Assembly: GCA_963749655.1 (NCBI GenBank)
Contig: CAVVOB010000014.1
Coordinates: forward strand, 128,001-192,000
Origin: Nitrospirota bacterium
Lineage (GTDB): Bacteria; Nitrospirota; UBA9217
DNA length: 64,000 bases
Reading direction: 5' to 3'
Shown: piece after piece, positions 31,986 through 41,593 of the stretch
Position numbering within the stretch: the first letter of the stretch is position 1
Layout: every line of letters starts with the position of its first letter
Notes under the pieces: model-generated
Databases searched by the model: none
Told to the model about the DNA's origin: nothing
The model's input: the letters and a program-made list of their open reading frames with translations, nothing else
Translations under genes and position numbers: made by a program

Positions 31986-32206
31986 TGTAAATGAGGTTTA
32001 CAGAAAGAGGCAGGAGAGGGGGAATGCGTTTAATTCCAGTCTGTATTCAAGCGTTCTTCTTGTCATACCGGACTCGATCAGGTATCCGGAATGTTTTGAA
32101 AAAACTGGATTCCGGTCTTCGCTGAAATGACGGTCAGTATTGTATTGACGATGACAATTGGGCGCTGGTTGCAGGAAGGGGCAACAGTGCAAACAATGTT
32201 TACACT
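31986..32206. promoter_or_regulatory. Two palindromic enhancer-like sites (TG[T/C]AAA-N5-TTTACA)
   Basis: TGTAAATGAGGTTTACA at 31986-32002 and AGTGCAAACAATGTTTACACT at 32186-32206. Confidence 0.5.
32062..32131. repeat. GTCAT...ATGAC palindromic intergenic repeat
   Basis: GTCATACCGGACTCGATCAGGTATCC...TGGATTCCGG..CGCTGAAATGAC, a REP/RPE-like element. Confidence 0.6.
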
Positions 32207-32322
32207 TGGCCGCGGGTGTTTACCTTTTTGTGCCGTCATGCTTGAGAGGATGAAATTCACGAGCGCTGAGACAATATAGCCGCAGCAAGAAGAAAAATGA
32301 AGAAGGGAAAGAGTATGCAGCG

Positions 32323-34283
32323 TTATTGAGCGCCGGATTTTGAGGAATACGCGATCTTGTGTCGCTGGATCTTCTTGTCCAGCCCTTGCCGCGTGATGCC
32401 GAGTAGTTTCGAAGCCTGGAGCTTGTTTCCCTTGGTCCTGCGAAGCGCTTCTTTGATGCTCGTGATTTCAAGCTCGTTAACGCGTTCCGCAAGGGACAGG
32501 TCCCGCGTGCTCTCGACCAGTGCCAGCGCTCTGACGTTCCTCCCTTTCCGCAGCTCCTCGGAACAATGCTTCAGGGAGATCCGTTGACCTTCAGGCGTCA
32601 AGGCGACCATATGTTCCACCTCATGAAGGAGCTGCCGCACATTGCCCGGCCAGGGATACTCTTCGAACAGTGAAAGCAGCTCGGGCGAAGGGCCCGCGAG
32701 CTTCTTATTAAACCGTTTGCCGACCTTGTTCACGAAGAACAGCGTGAGAGGAACGATGTCTTCGCGACGATCACGGAGAGGCGGGATCGGGATCTCCACG
32801 GAAAAGATACGGTAAAAGAGGTCCTCCCTGAACCTGCCCGCCGCGACCTCCTGACGCAGGTCCTTGTTCGAGGCGCTGATGATGCGCAGGTCGTATTTGA
32901 CCGGCTTCGCGCTGCCCAACCTGCTTCCTTCACCCTCCTGGATGACGCGCAGGAACTTCGGTTGGATTGCGGACGGCATGTCCCCGATCTCGTCCAGGAA
33001 AAGCGTGCCCCCGTCGGCCTGCTCGAAATATCCGCCCCGGCTCGCGATTGCCCCGGTGAACGCGCCCTTGTCGAATCCGAAGAACTCGCTCTCCATGAGG
33101 TTTTCGGGGATCGAAGCGCAGTTGACGGCAACAAAAGGCTTGTCCGACCGGTCGCTGTGAAGATGGATCAGCCGGGCGACCACTTCCTTGCCCGTGCCGC
33201 TCTCGCCGCGGATGAGCACATTGACCGGGTTCCTGCTCACCGACCGCATGATGTTGAGGACCTGCTGCATGCCGCGGCTTTCCGCGATGAGCTGGACCTC
33301 TTCCTTCAGGTTGCGGAGCTCAAGCGCTTCGCTCAGTTCCCTGAGCCGCTTGTTCTCCAGGCATGTCCTGATCCTGGCCTTCAGCAGAACATGGTTGAAC
33401 GGCTTGATCAGGTAGTCTTCCGCGCCCAGCCGGATGCAGTGCACGACGCCGTCCATGTCATCAAGCGCCGAGACCACGATGACCGGGATGTCTCCATAGT
33501 CCCCGCTGTTCTTCAGCCGCTGCAGGACCTGGTAACCGCTCATGTCCGGCATCATGATGTCGAGCAGGACAAGGTCGAAGGTACGGCCCAGCAGCATATC
33601 GAGTGCCTGCTTTCCGCTCTCTGCCGTCGTCACGGTGTGGCCCTGCCGTTCGAGCTGACGGCGTATCAGGTCGCGGCTGATCTCGTTGTCATCAACAACA
33701 AGCAGGCTCCCCCGCAGGGTGGCAGAGCCGCTCCTGGTCAAGGGGCGGGATATCGTTCATGACTTCCCGGACCATGGCTCCGGACGCGGGTGACGATGCA
33801 CGGGAACCCTCGTCTCCAAGTTCGGATGGAGTGAAACCGGCAAACTCCTCGATGCAGGCGAGGAAGTGGCGACCTGCCTGACGGATCTTTTCAAGGTCGG
33901 GGATGAGATCGTTCTCGCCGTCCGGAGCGGCGTCCTCGATCAGCATCTCGCTGTACCCGATGATCGCGTTCAGCGGTGTGCGAAGTTCGTGGCGAAGATT
34001 CGAGCTGAATGCCTCCCTCTCTCGCTCCGTCTTCGTGGTTACAAGTGCCGTTTCTGCCAGGCCGGCATCAACGAGTGCCAGAAGTTTTTCCCCAGGACAA
34101 ATGGATCTTTGTCAGGTCTGAAGTGAGGTCGTCCCGTCCCTGCTTCTTGGCATCGTCCAGCAGCATCTCGCTGTACTCGATCACGGCATTGACGGGAACG
34201 CACAACCGGTCGCGCAAGCCTGCAAGGAATATTCGTTCACAACGATCGGTTTGCTCCTGACCGGTCCTGCATTGCTTTAGCAT
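32323..34283 (-). CDS. Sigma-54-dependent response regulator with N-terminal HisKA-like repeats (frameshifts ~34090 and ~33745)
   Basis: REC (LVVDD, DIMMP, KP), GESGTGKE, GAFTGA, LFLDE, WPGNVRQL, Fis HTH; upstream frames give RDRLCVPVNAVIEYSEML and RHELRTPLNAIIGYSEML. Confidence 0.85.
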
Positions 34284-34322
34284 TGAATTTGTTCCTGTCT
34301 GTATTTTTTTGCTTTGGCAGTG

Positions 34323-34700
34323 TCATGGGGCAGCCTGTTTGCTCAGGAGCGTCTGCATCTTTCCGAGCAAACGCTCGAAATCGATGGGCTTGGCGTCATA
34401 GTCATCGCAGCCGGCCTCAAGCGCCTTGTCGCGGTCGCCTGCCATGACGTGCGCGGTCAGAGCGATGATCGGTATCGAGGCGGTTTCGGACAGGCCCTTG
34501 ATCCGCCGTGTGGTTTCCCATCCGTCGATCTTCGGAAGGCTCATGTCCATCAGAATGAGATCGGGCTTCTCCGACGCCGCCATTTTCACGCCTTCCTCCC
34601 CGTCCACGGCGATCAGCACTTCATACCCCTTGCGCTCAAGCCGGCGGGAAAGCATGTCCCGGTTCATTTCGTTGTCTTCTACCAGGAGTATTCTGGGCAT
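34323..34700 (-). CDS. Single-domain response regulator (DivK/CheY-like)
   Basis: ILLVEDNE, LILMD..LP, IALTA, KPID. Confidence 0.93.
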   Translation of the reverse strand: MPRILLVEDNEMNRDMLSRRLERKGYEVLIAVDGEEGVKMAASEKPDLILMDMSLPKIDGWETTRRIKGLSETASIPIIALTAHVMAGDRDKALEAGCDDYDAKPIDFERLLGKMQTLLSKQAAP

Positions 34701-34711
34701 GGTTCTCCCTT

Positions 34712-36276
34712 TTATGAGGATTTCGGCTGCTCGCCTGTTTGCATCGGCACCGCATCCGCTTTATCGCTCGGCACCGCAAGAGGAATTTTTACCGTAAATG
34801 TCGTGCCCCTGCCGTACTCGCTCGTGACCCCGATCTCTCCACCCATCATCTCGCAGAATTGCCTGGTGATCGCCAGACCCAGCCCGGTCCCCCCGTACTT
34901 TCTCGCGGTCTGAATGTCCGCCTGCGAGAACGGCTGGAACAGCTTTGCCATCTGCTCCCCGGTCATGCCGATACCCGTATCGCTCACGATGAGAGCTAAC
35001 CGTTCGGAGCCCTCCGACTTCTCCCGGGAGGCGTCCAGCAGCAATCGCTCCCTTCTCCGTGAACTTACATGCATTGCTGAGCAGGTTGAACAATATCTGC
35101 CGGACCTTCGTGATGTCAGCGTACATGGAGCCCAGGTCGTCCCGCATGGTTGATCGTGAGCAGATTCGCATTCCTGTCGATCAGGGGCTGGACCATGCTC
35201 GCCACCTCCTCGATCAGTCCGGCGATGTCAAAGGTCTCGGGCGAGAGCTCGATCTTTCCCGCTTCGATCTTGGAAAGGTCAAGGATGTCGTTGATGAGCG
35301 CAAGGAGATGCTTGCCCGAGGCCCGGATCTTCTGGAGGTCGGGAACAAAATTTTTCTGATCACGGTCCACGGCCTCCTCGGTCAGCATCTCGCTGTAGCC
35401 GATGATGGCATTCAAGGGCGTGCGCAGTTCGTGGCTCATGCTGGCCAGGAAATCGGACTTGTGGCGGCTCCCGGCTTCGATCTGCTGATACAGACTGCGG
35501 AGCTCATTGTTCATGCGGTTCAGGTTGTCCGCCAGGGTCCCGAGCTCGTCGCGGTTCGGCACCTCGACCCGCTTCGAGAAATCCCCCGATGCGATCTGCT
35601 TCAGCTGCGTGTTCATGAGGGTGACGGGGCCCATTAGGGAGGAAGAAACGGCATAGCCGAGCAGGATCGCCAGCCCGATGCTTCCCGCGGCAAAACCGAT
35701 GACCACCCAGCGTGAGGTCATGTACGCCTTGTTGCTTTCGTCCACCTTTGCTTCCATGTCCGCCTCGGCCCGGTTCACCATCTCGTTGGTGAGCCGTTCG
35801 AGGCTGTCCGCAAGCGGGGCTGTCCGCGTGCGCAGTTCCTTTGCCTCGGTGAAATTCCGCTGACGGGTCAGCTCCAGGACCCTGACGATCAGCTGGTTCA
35901 ACCGTTCATGTTCCGCGTTGATCTTCCTGAAAAGCTCCGCCTCATTCTTGGTCACGAACTGGAGCCGTTCCAGGTCGTACCGGTACTCATTCAGCTGACG
36001 AAGGGCGCTTTCGAGCATCCGCTCCTCCGGCGACAGCAGCGCGGAGGTGACGCTGTAGAGCTGGGAAGTGGTGTCATGCTGCAGCTGCCGGAACGCGGCG
36101 ACCTTGCGGCGGAGCTGGCTCAAGTCCTCGGAGCGGCGGTTCATGCCGCTCAGGACCTGAATGACGACAACGCCGAAAATGATCAGCAGGCCCACGATGG
36201 CAAAAAAGGCGCCGATCAGCTTGGTATGGACCGTGAACGGAGCCTTGGCCACGAGCCGGGGCAGCCAGTCCTTCAT
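34712..36276 (-). CDS. HAMP-domain sensor histidine kinase (frameshifts ~35140 and ~35040)
   Basis: Two TMs around a helical periplasmic domain, HAMP (DELG.LA...N.M), SHELRTPLNAIIG, NLLSNA.KFT, DTGIG, GGTGLGL. Confidence 0.9.
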
Positions 36277-36322
36277 GTCCGCGCGCCCTGCGTCGTCTCC
36301 GCACGACTGATCTGTCGGGAAC

Positions 36323-37366
36323 CTACCATGTTATCCAGAACTCCTTTTTCAGCTCATTCAAGAAGCGCCAATCAGTGTGCTGCATGATGAACTCCTCGGG
36401 GGCGGTCGCGATCATTCCTGTCTCCCTCATGCGGAGCGCGTAAAAACGGATCGTGTCTTCAGGATTGTATTCCCGCCATCTGCCGTAGGGGATTTCCCTG
36501 AGCGCCCGGAGTATCGACTTATATTCCGCTTCCGGCCTGATCTTCATCGCGATCAGGGTTTTGGTCGCCAATACCGGATCGCGGGAGACGATATCGACGG
36601 CCTTCAGGATGGCGCGAAGGGCCCGTCTGGTGGCAATGGGGTTCTTCCTGATGAAATAGCTCTGCCCGGTCACCACGCAGCAGAAATACTGGGACCACGG
36701 TTTATCAACATTGGTGTCGACCAGAATATGTCCATAGCCCTGTGCGATGAGCTCATGCGGCCCCGGAGGAAACGATATGAATGCATCGATCTTGCCCTCC
36801 TTGAACAGACGCATGGCCTCGTCCTTGTTCACCCAGAGATAATTGATGTCCGTGCGCGGGTCAAGACCCACATACGCCACGATCGCGGTGAAAAAAAGGT
36901 GCGGCCCCTCGTTCTTGAGCGCCCCGGCCCAGACGGTCTTGCCCTTGAGCTCCCGTACGGACCGGACCCGTTCGCTGCCGACGAGGGCATAGCATCCCAC
37001 ATGCAGCCCCGAGATGATCTTGAGCGGATGCTGTTGCTGCTCCAGATTGTACATGAATCGTACTGAAAAACCCGCGCTCAGGTCGAGTGCGCCCTCCCGG
37101 CACATCTTTGCCACCTCTGATCCCTGCGCGAACACGTATTCGATGTCGGTGAAGCCTTCTTTTCGCAAAAGCGGTTCAGCCACATACATGGGCGCCCAGC
37201 ACGCCGGGTCGCCTTTGTGGATACGCAGCCGCGTGGTCTCGGGCGGCGGCTCCACGGATGCCATGCTCGATTCCGGTTGCCAGCCGAGCACGGCCGCTGT
37301 TCCGGTCAGGGCAAGGCCTTCCAGAAATTCCCGCCGGCTCCAATTACGCGATTTTTGGTCTTCCAT
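36323..37366 (-). CDS. Tat-exported NMT1/THI5(SsuA)-like substrate-binding protein, copy 2
   Basis: SRREFL Tat motif; PPETT, CWAP.YVAE, LKGK, GLDP..DI, PWSQYFCC, DTIRFYALR. Confidence 0.88.
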   Translation of the reverse strand: MEDQKSRNWSRREFLEGLALTGTAAVLGWQPESSMASVEPPPETTRLRIHKGDPACWAPMYVAEPLLRKEGFTDIEYVFAQGSEVAKMCREGALDLSAGFSVRFMYNLEQQQHPLKIISGLHVGCYALVGSERVRSVRELKGKTVWAGALKNEGPHLFFTAIVAYVGLDPRTDINYLWVNKDEAMRLFKEGKIDAFISFPPGPHELIAQGYGHILVDTNVDKPWSQYFCCVVTGQSYFIRKNPIATRRALRAILKAVDIVSRDPVLATKTLIAMKIRPEAEYKSILRALREIPYGRWREYNPEDTIRFYALRMRETGMIATAPEEFIMQHTDWRFLNELKKEFWITW

Positions 37367-37445
37367 GCAACTCCTTTCGGAACGTATTCCCGGGCTTGCG
37401 ACTATGACCAATGAGCAGTCAAATCAAAGCTGTTGTCCCCCGCGT

Positions 37446-38489
37446 TTACCAGGTGATCCCGAACTCCTTTTTCAGCTCATTCATGAAGCGCCAATCCGTA
37501 TGCTGCTCGATGAACTGCTGAGGGGCCGTGGCGATCAGCCCCGTTTCTCTCATGCGCAGAGCGTAAAAACGGATCGTATCTTCGGGATTGTACTCCCGCC
37601 ATGTGCCGTAGGGGATTTCCTTGAGCGCCCGAAGGATCGATTTGTATTCCGCTTCCGGCCTGATCTTCTTCTCAATGATGGTCTTTGTTGCGAACTTCGG
37701 GTCGCGGGAGACGATGTCGACCGCCTTGAGGATGGCGCGCAGGGCCCGCTTGGTTGCAACGGGATTCTTCTTGATGAAGTAGCTCTGTCCCGCCACCATG
37801 CAGCAGAAATATTGGGACCACGGTTTGTCGACATTGGTGTCGACCAGGAGATGGCCGTATCCCTCCGCGATCAGCTCGTGCGGGCCGGGCGGAAAGGATA
37901 TGAAAGCGTCGAGCTTGCCCTCCCGGAACAGCCGCATGGCATCATCCTTGTTCACCCACAGATAATTGATGTCCGTTCTCGGATCGAGCCCGACGTAGGC
38001 CACGATCGCCATGAAAAAAATGTGCGGACCGTTGTTCTTGACCATCCCTGCCCAGACGGTCTTGCCCTTGAGGTCCCGCACGGAATGGACCCGTTCGCTT
38101 CCCACGAGAGCATAGCATCCCACATGAAGCCCGGAGAGGAATTTGAGCGGATGCTGCTGCTGTTCCAGATTGTACATGGACAACGCTGAAAAATCCGGGC
38201 TCAGGTCGATCGCACCTTCCCTGCACATCTTAGCCACTTCCGTCCCATGCCCGAACACGTACTCGATTTCAGTGAATCCCTCTTCGCGAAGCATGGGTTC
38301 CGCCACGTACATGGGCGCCCAGCATGCCGGGTCTCCCCTGCGGATTCGCAGCCTCGTCGTTTCAGGCGGCGGCTCGACGGCGGACGCCGCCGAATCGGGC
38401 CGCACACCAAGAGCCGCGGCAGTACCCGCCATTGCAAGCCCGCCCAGGAACTCCCGCCTGCTCCAGCCGTTAAACGCTCTATTTTTCAT
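37446..38489 (-). CDS. Tat-exported NMT1/THI5(SsuA)-like substrate-binding protein, copy 1
   Basis: Same motifs as 36323-37366; close tandem paralogue. Confidence 0.88.
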   Translation of the reverse strand: MKNRAFNGWSRREFLGGLAMAGTAAALGVRPDSAASAVEPPPETTRLRIRRGDPACWAPMYVAEPMLREEGFTEIEYVFGHGTEVAKMCREGAIDLSPDFSALSMYNLEQQQHPLKFLSGLHVGCYALVGSERVHSVRDLKGKTVWAGMVKNNGPHIFFMAIVAYVGLDPRTDINYLWVNKDDAMRLFREGKLDAFISFPPGPHELIAEGYGHLLVDTNVDKPWSQYFCCMVAGQSYFIKKNPVATKRALRAILKAVDIVSRDPKFATKTIIEKKIRPEAEYKSILRALKEIPYGTWREYNPEDTIRFYALRMRETGLIATAPQQFIEQHTDWRFMNELKKEFGITW

Positions 38490-38877
38490 CGTGCACCTCC
38501 TGCTCGTTTTTCAGCGTACGGAAAAATGTACCTCCCGTGGCTGAAATGTTCGCGCTTTGATGCGATGAATATACATCGGGGAAGACGTCGGTGGGTCATC
38601 TAAAAGCAGGATGGACCTGCCTCGAGAATTCGCCTCGGGAGGAACGGGACTTGCGTTTTTGGCAGGCTGCGTCTTTCTCTGAGACAAGGTGCTCATGGCA
38701 TTGTCCTCATCAAAACGAGCACGCACTGCATTACAGCACGATCGCCAAAAAAAATATGGTTGATGATCGAAGGAAGGGAGCGAAAACTCTGATGTTATTT
38801 TATCACTGTCCGGCAAACAAACAAAGCGAATAAAGCAGAAAGATGCACTTCCGCGGAACCCATCACATGCAAGGATC

Positions 38878-39614
38878 TCACGAAAAATACTCGTACGCGA
38901 TCATGCTGAGCGTTGCCAGGGCCGCAGTCTCGGTGCGAAGGATGTTCCTGCCCAGACTGACGATATGAAATCCCCGCGCCCGTGCCAGCTCCGCCTCGCG
39001 TTCGAGAGCCCGCCTTCGGGGCCGATGAGGACGATGATGCGCTCGATATCGGTATTCTGCCCGAGTATCCTTTTGATGGGATCGGTGCCCTCTTCCCAGG
39101 GGAGGAGTAAAAGGGTCCCGGGACCGGGGGCCAGGGTCCGGAGAAAATCGCCGAACCGTTGAACAGGTTCCACCTTCGGGATGTCCGGCCGGTTGCTCTG
39201 CATGGCCGCTTCCCTCGCGATCTTCTGCCAGCGGCTGATCCGCTTTTCCTCGTCCTTGATCTTCACGATAGTCCGCTCTGTAATCAGGGGAACGATGGCT
39301 GCGGCGCCGAGCTCCGTGGCCTTCTGAACGATCAGGTCCATTTTGTCCGACTTGGGCAGACCCTGGCAGAGTGTGATGCGGGGACAGGCGGGGTCCTGCT
39401 TCAAAGTGCTCCTGATCTCGGTCGCGATCTCGGAGCGGTCGATGCGGGTAATGACAGCCGTGTAATCAATGCCCCGGCCGTCGCAGAGGAGCAGTTCGTC
39501 GCCGGCCTTCATGCGCAGAACTGCGCCGATGTGCCGCACGTCTTCGCCTGCGATGGTGATGCTCTCGCCCGAAACCTGATCAGGAGATATGAAGAAACGG
39601 GGAGGTCTTGACAT
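38878..39614 (-). CDS. rsmE: 16S rRNA m3U1498 methyltransferase (frameshift ~39000)
   Basis: HI..VLR, QKATELG, EAA.QS.R, IGPEGG; C-terminal ILRTETAAL in the shifted frame ending at TGA 38878. Confidence 0.92.
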
Positions 39615-39781
39615 GGCAAAAATCAGTTTTGAGTTTTTAGTTTAAAGTTTCGAGTTGAAGTCACAACTCTGAGTTCATAATCCGGAGTGCTGGTTCGAAA
39701 ATCCGAATCAAGGTTCACCGTACCTGGCTCAAAATCAATGGCCCCGCATGAGAATACGCGCCTTTTCTGCGGTGCTGTCCC

Positions 39782-41265
39782 TCACGCTTTCGGCTTCGGC
39801 TCCCTGGCCCTGTCCTTCCCGCCCCGTCTCCTCCGCCTTTTTCTTCCCGGTTTGAAGCGCTTCTCCTGGCCCTTCTGCACTTCTTTTTCCTCAGCCGGCG
39901 CAAGCGGATGGGTCTTGATGAATTCCTTCCACCAGGCGCGCAGCTCCCTGTTTTCGTCCGTGGCCTCGCTCGTGAAACGAAGATACTCATAGGCGTCTTC
40001 GAAGCCGGGACGCCTCAGGAAGTAGCGGGGGTGCTTGCCTTCGCGCTTCGCGAACCGGTGCTGGTTCCAGTACATGTCGCGCATCGCAAGCCCGATCTTC
40101 TTGGGGATCATTACGCGCCGGGCCTGTTCCGTCATGGCTTCGCTGACCGCCCTGGTCACGGCATCAAGTGCCGCTGTGCCGCCCTTTTCCTGCAGCTCCG
40201 TTGCCCTCTCTTCCAGATACTGGCCGTAAAGGAGGCCGAAGAGGATATGAGGCGGAACCGTCCGCCCCGCCTGTATGTAGGTATCCACCCATTCAAGCGC
40301 CTTCCCGATCCAGGTGTGCGGGAAGCCGCCGTTCTCCGTGTCCACCCACGCATTCAGGCCCGGGAAGATCACGCCGAAGAGCCCGGTCTTCCTGAGCAGC
40401 TGGTAGGTCTTCTCGCCTTCTCCGAGCAGAAAGAGCTTGAGCACCTCTTCGTACATCCGCGCCGGAGAGGCAAGGGCCACCTTGTCCTTCAATTCCAGCA
40501 TCGCATGCCACGTATCTTTTTCGATCTCGAACCCGAGCATGGCGGCAAAACGCACGGCGCGGACCATCCTGACCGGGTCCTCGGTGAACCTGACGACGGG
40601 ATCGCCGATGGTGCGGATGAGGCCCTTCCGGAGGTCTTCCATGCCGCCCACGTAGTCAATGACCGAAAAGTCCGCGATGCTGTAGAAAAGGGCGTTGACG
40701 GTGAAATCGCGACGCAGGGCGTCCTCTTCGGGCGTGCCGAAAACGTTGTCGCTCAGGATCATGCCCTCTTCGGTCTTGAGCATGCGCGGCAAACGGGGCC
40801 GCCCCTTGGCTGATAGGGGGGAGATGCCGGTGCCTCTTCCCCGCCTGCAGAGGGCGCAGAAGGATCCGCGATGTCTACGACCAAAGGTTCGGCCGGCGTT
40901 GGTGCGGGCTGCTGCTCCGGCGGGGCCGCTTCCGCAACTTCCGGCGCCTCCGGCGCATTGGACCGGAACGTGGCGACTTCGATGATCTCGTTGTCGAAAT
41001 GAATGTGGGCCAGGCGGAACCGCCTGCCGATGAGGCGGCAGTTGCGGAAGATCTTCTTGATCTCGTTGGGCTTCGCATCCGTGGCGATGTCGAAATCCTT
41101 GGGTTCCCGGCCGAGCAGAAGGTCGCGTACGCCGCCGCCTACAAGGTAGGCATAGTGGCCCTTCTCTTTCAGCCGGTAGAGGACGCGCACTGCATTGGGG
41201 CTGATCCACTTGCGGGAAATGCTGTGCTCGGAACGGGAAATGATCGTGGGCTGTATCGGTGTCAC
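39782..41265 (-). CDS. pcnB: Poly(A) polymerase I (frameshift ~40800)
   Basis: VGGGVRD, KDFDIAT, PAP signature [32 protein letters not shown], basic tail. Confidence 0.92.
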
Positions 41266-41539
41266 GGGATGATATTAACACATCTTGAAAGGAAAGGCAA
41301 AGAGACAGCATTTTTCGCGCAGGGACGCAGAGGCGCGGGAAAAACCGTCCATCGATGGACACCAGTTGACCGTACTTCTTTTTCTTTTGCCGGTTCAGGC
41401 TTGTAGCCTGAACCATGGATTAAGGTTTTGGTTCAATCTGCAAGATTGAACCAGCGCGAACTGCAAAAGATCTCGCCCTTCGGCCGAGATGACGGTGTTC
41501 TTATATTGGTACCCGGCAACCTACCTTCACCGGTTTTTC

Positions 41540-41593
41540 ATTCCGCACTCCGCACTCCACGTTCCGCATTTGGGGTACTCCGCATTCCGCATT
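41540..41593. repeat. Heptamer tandem repeat ([T/C]TCCGCA)
   Basis: ttccgca ctccgca ctccacg ttccgca...; similar array at 52822-52853. Confidence 0.65.
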
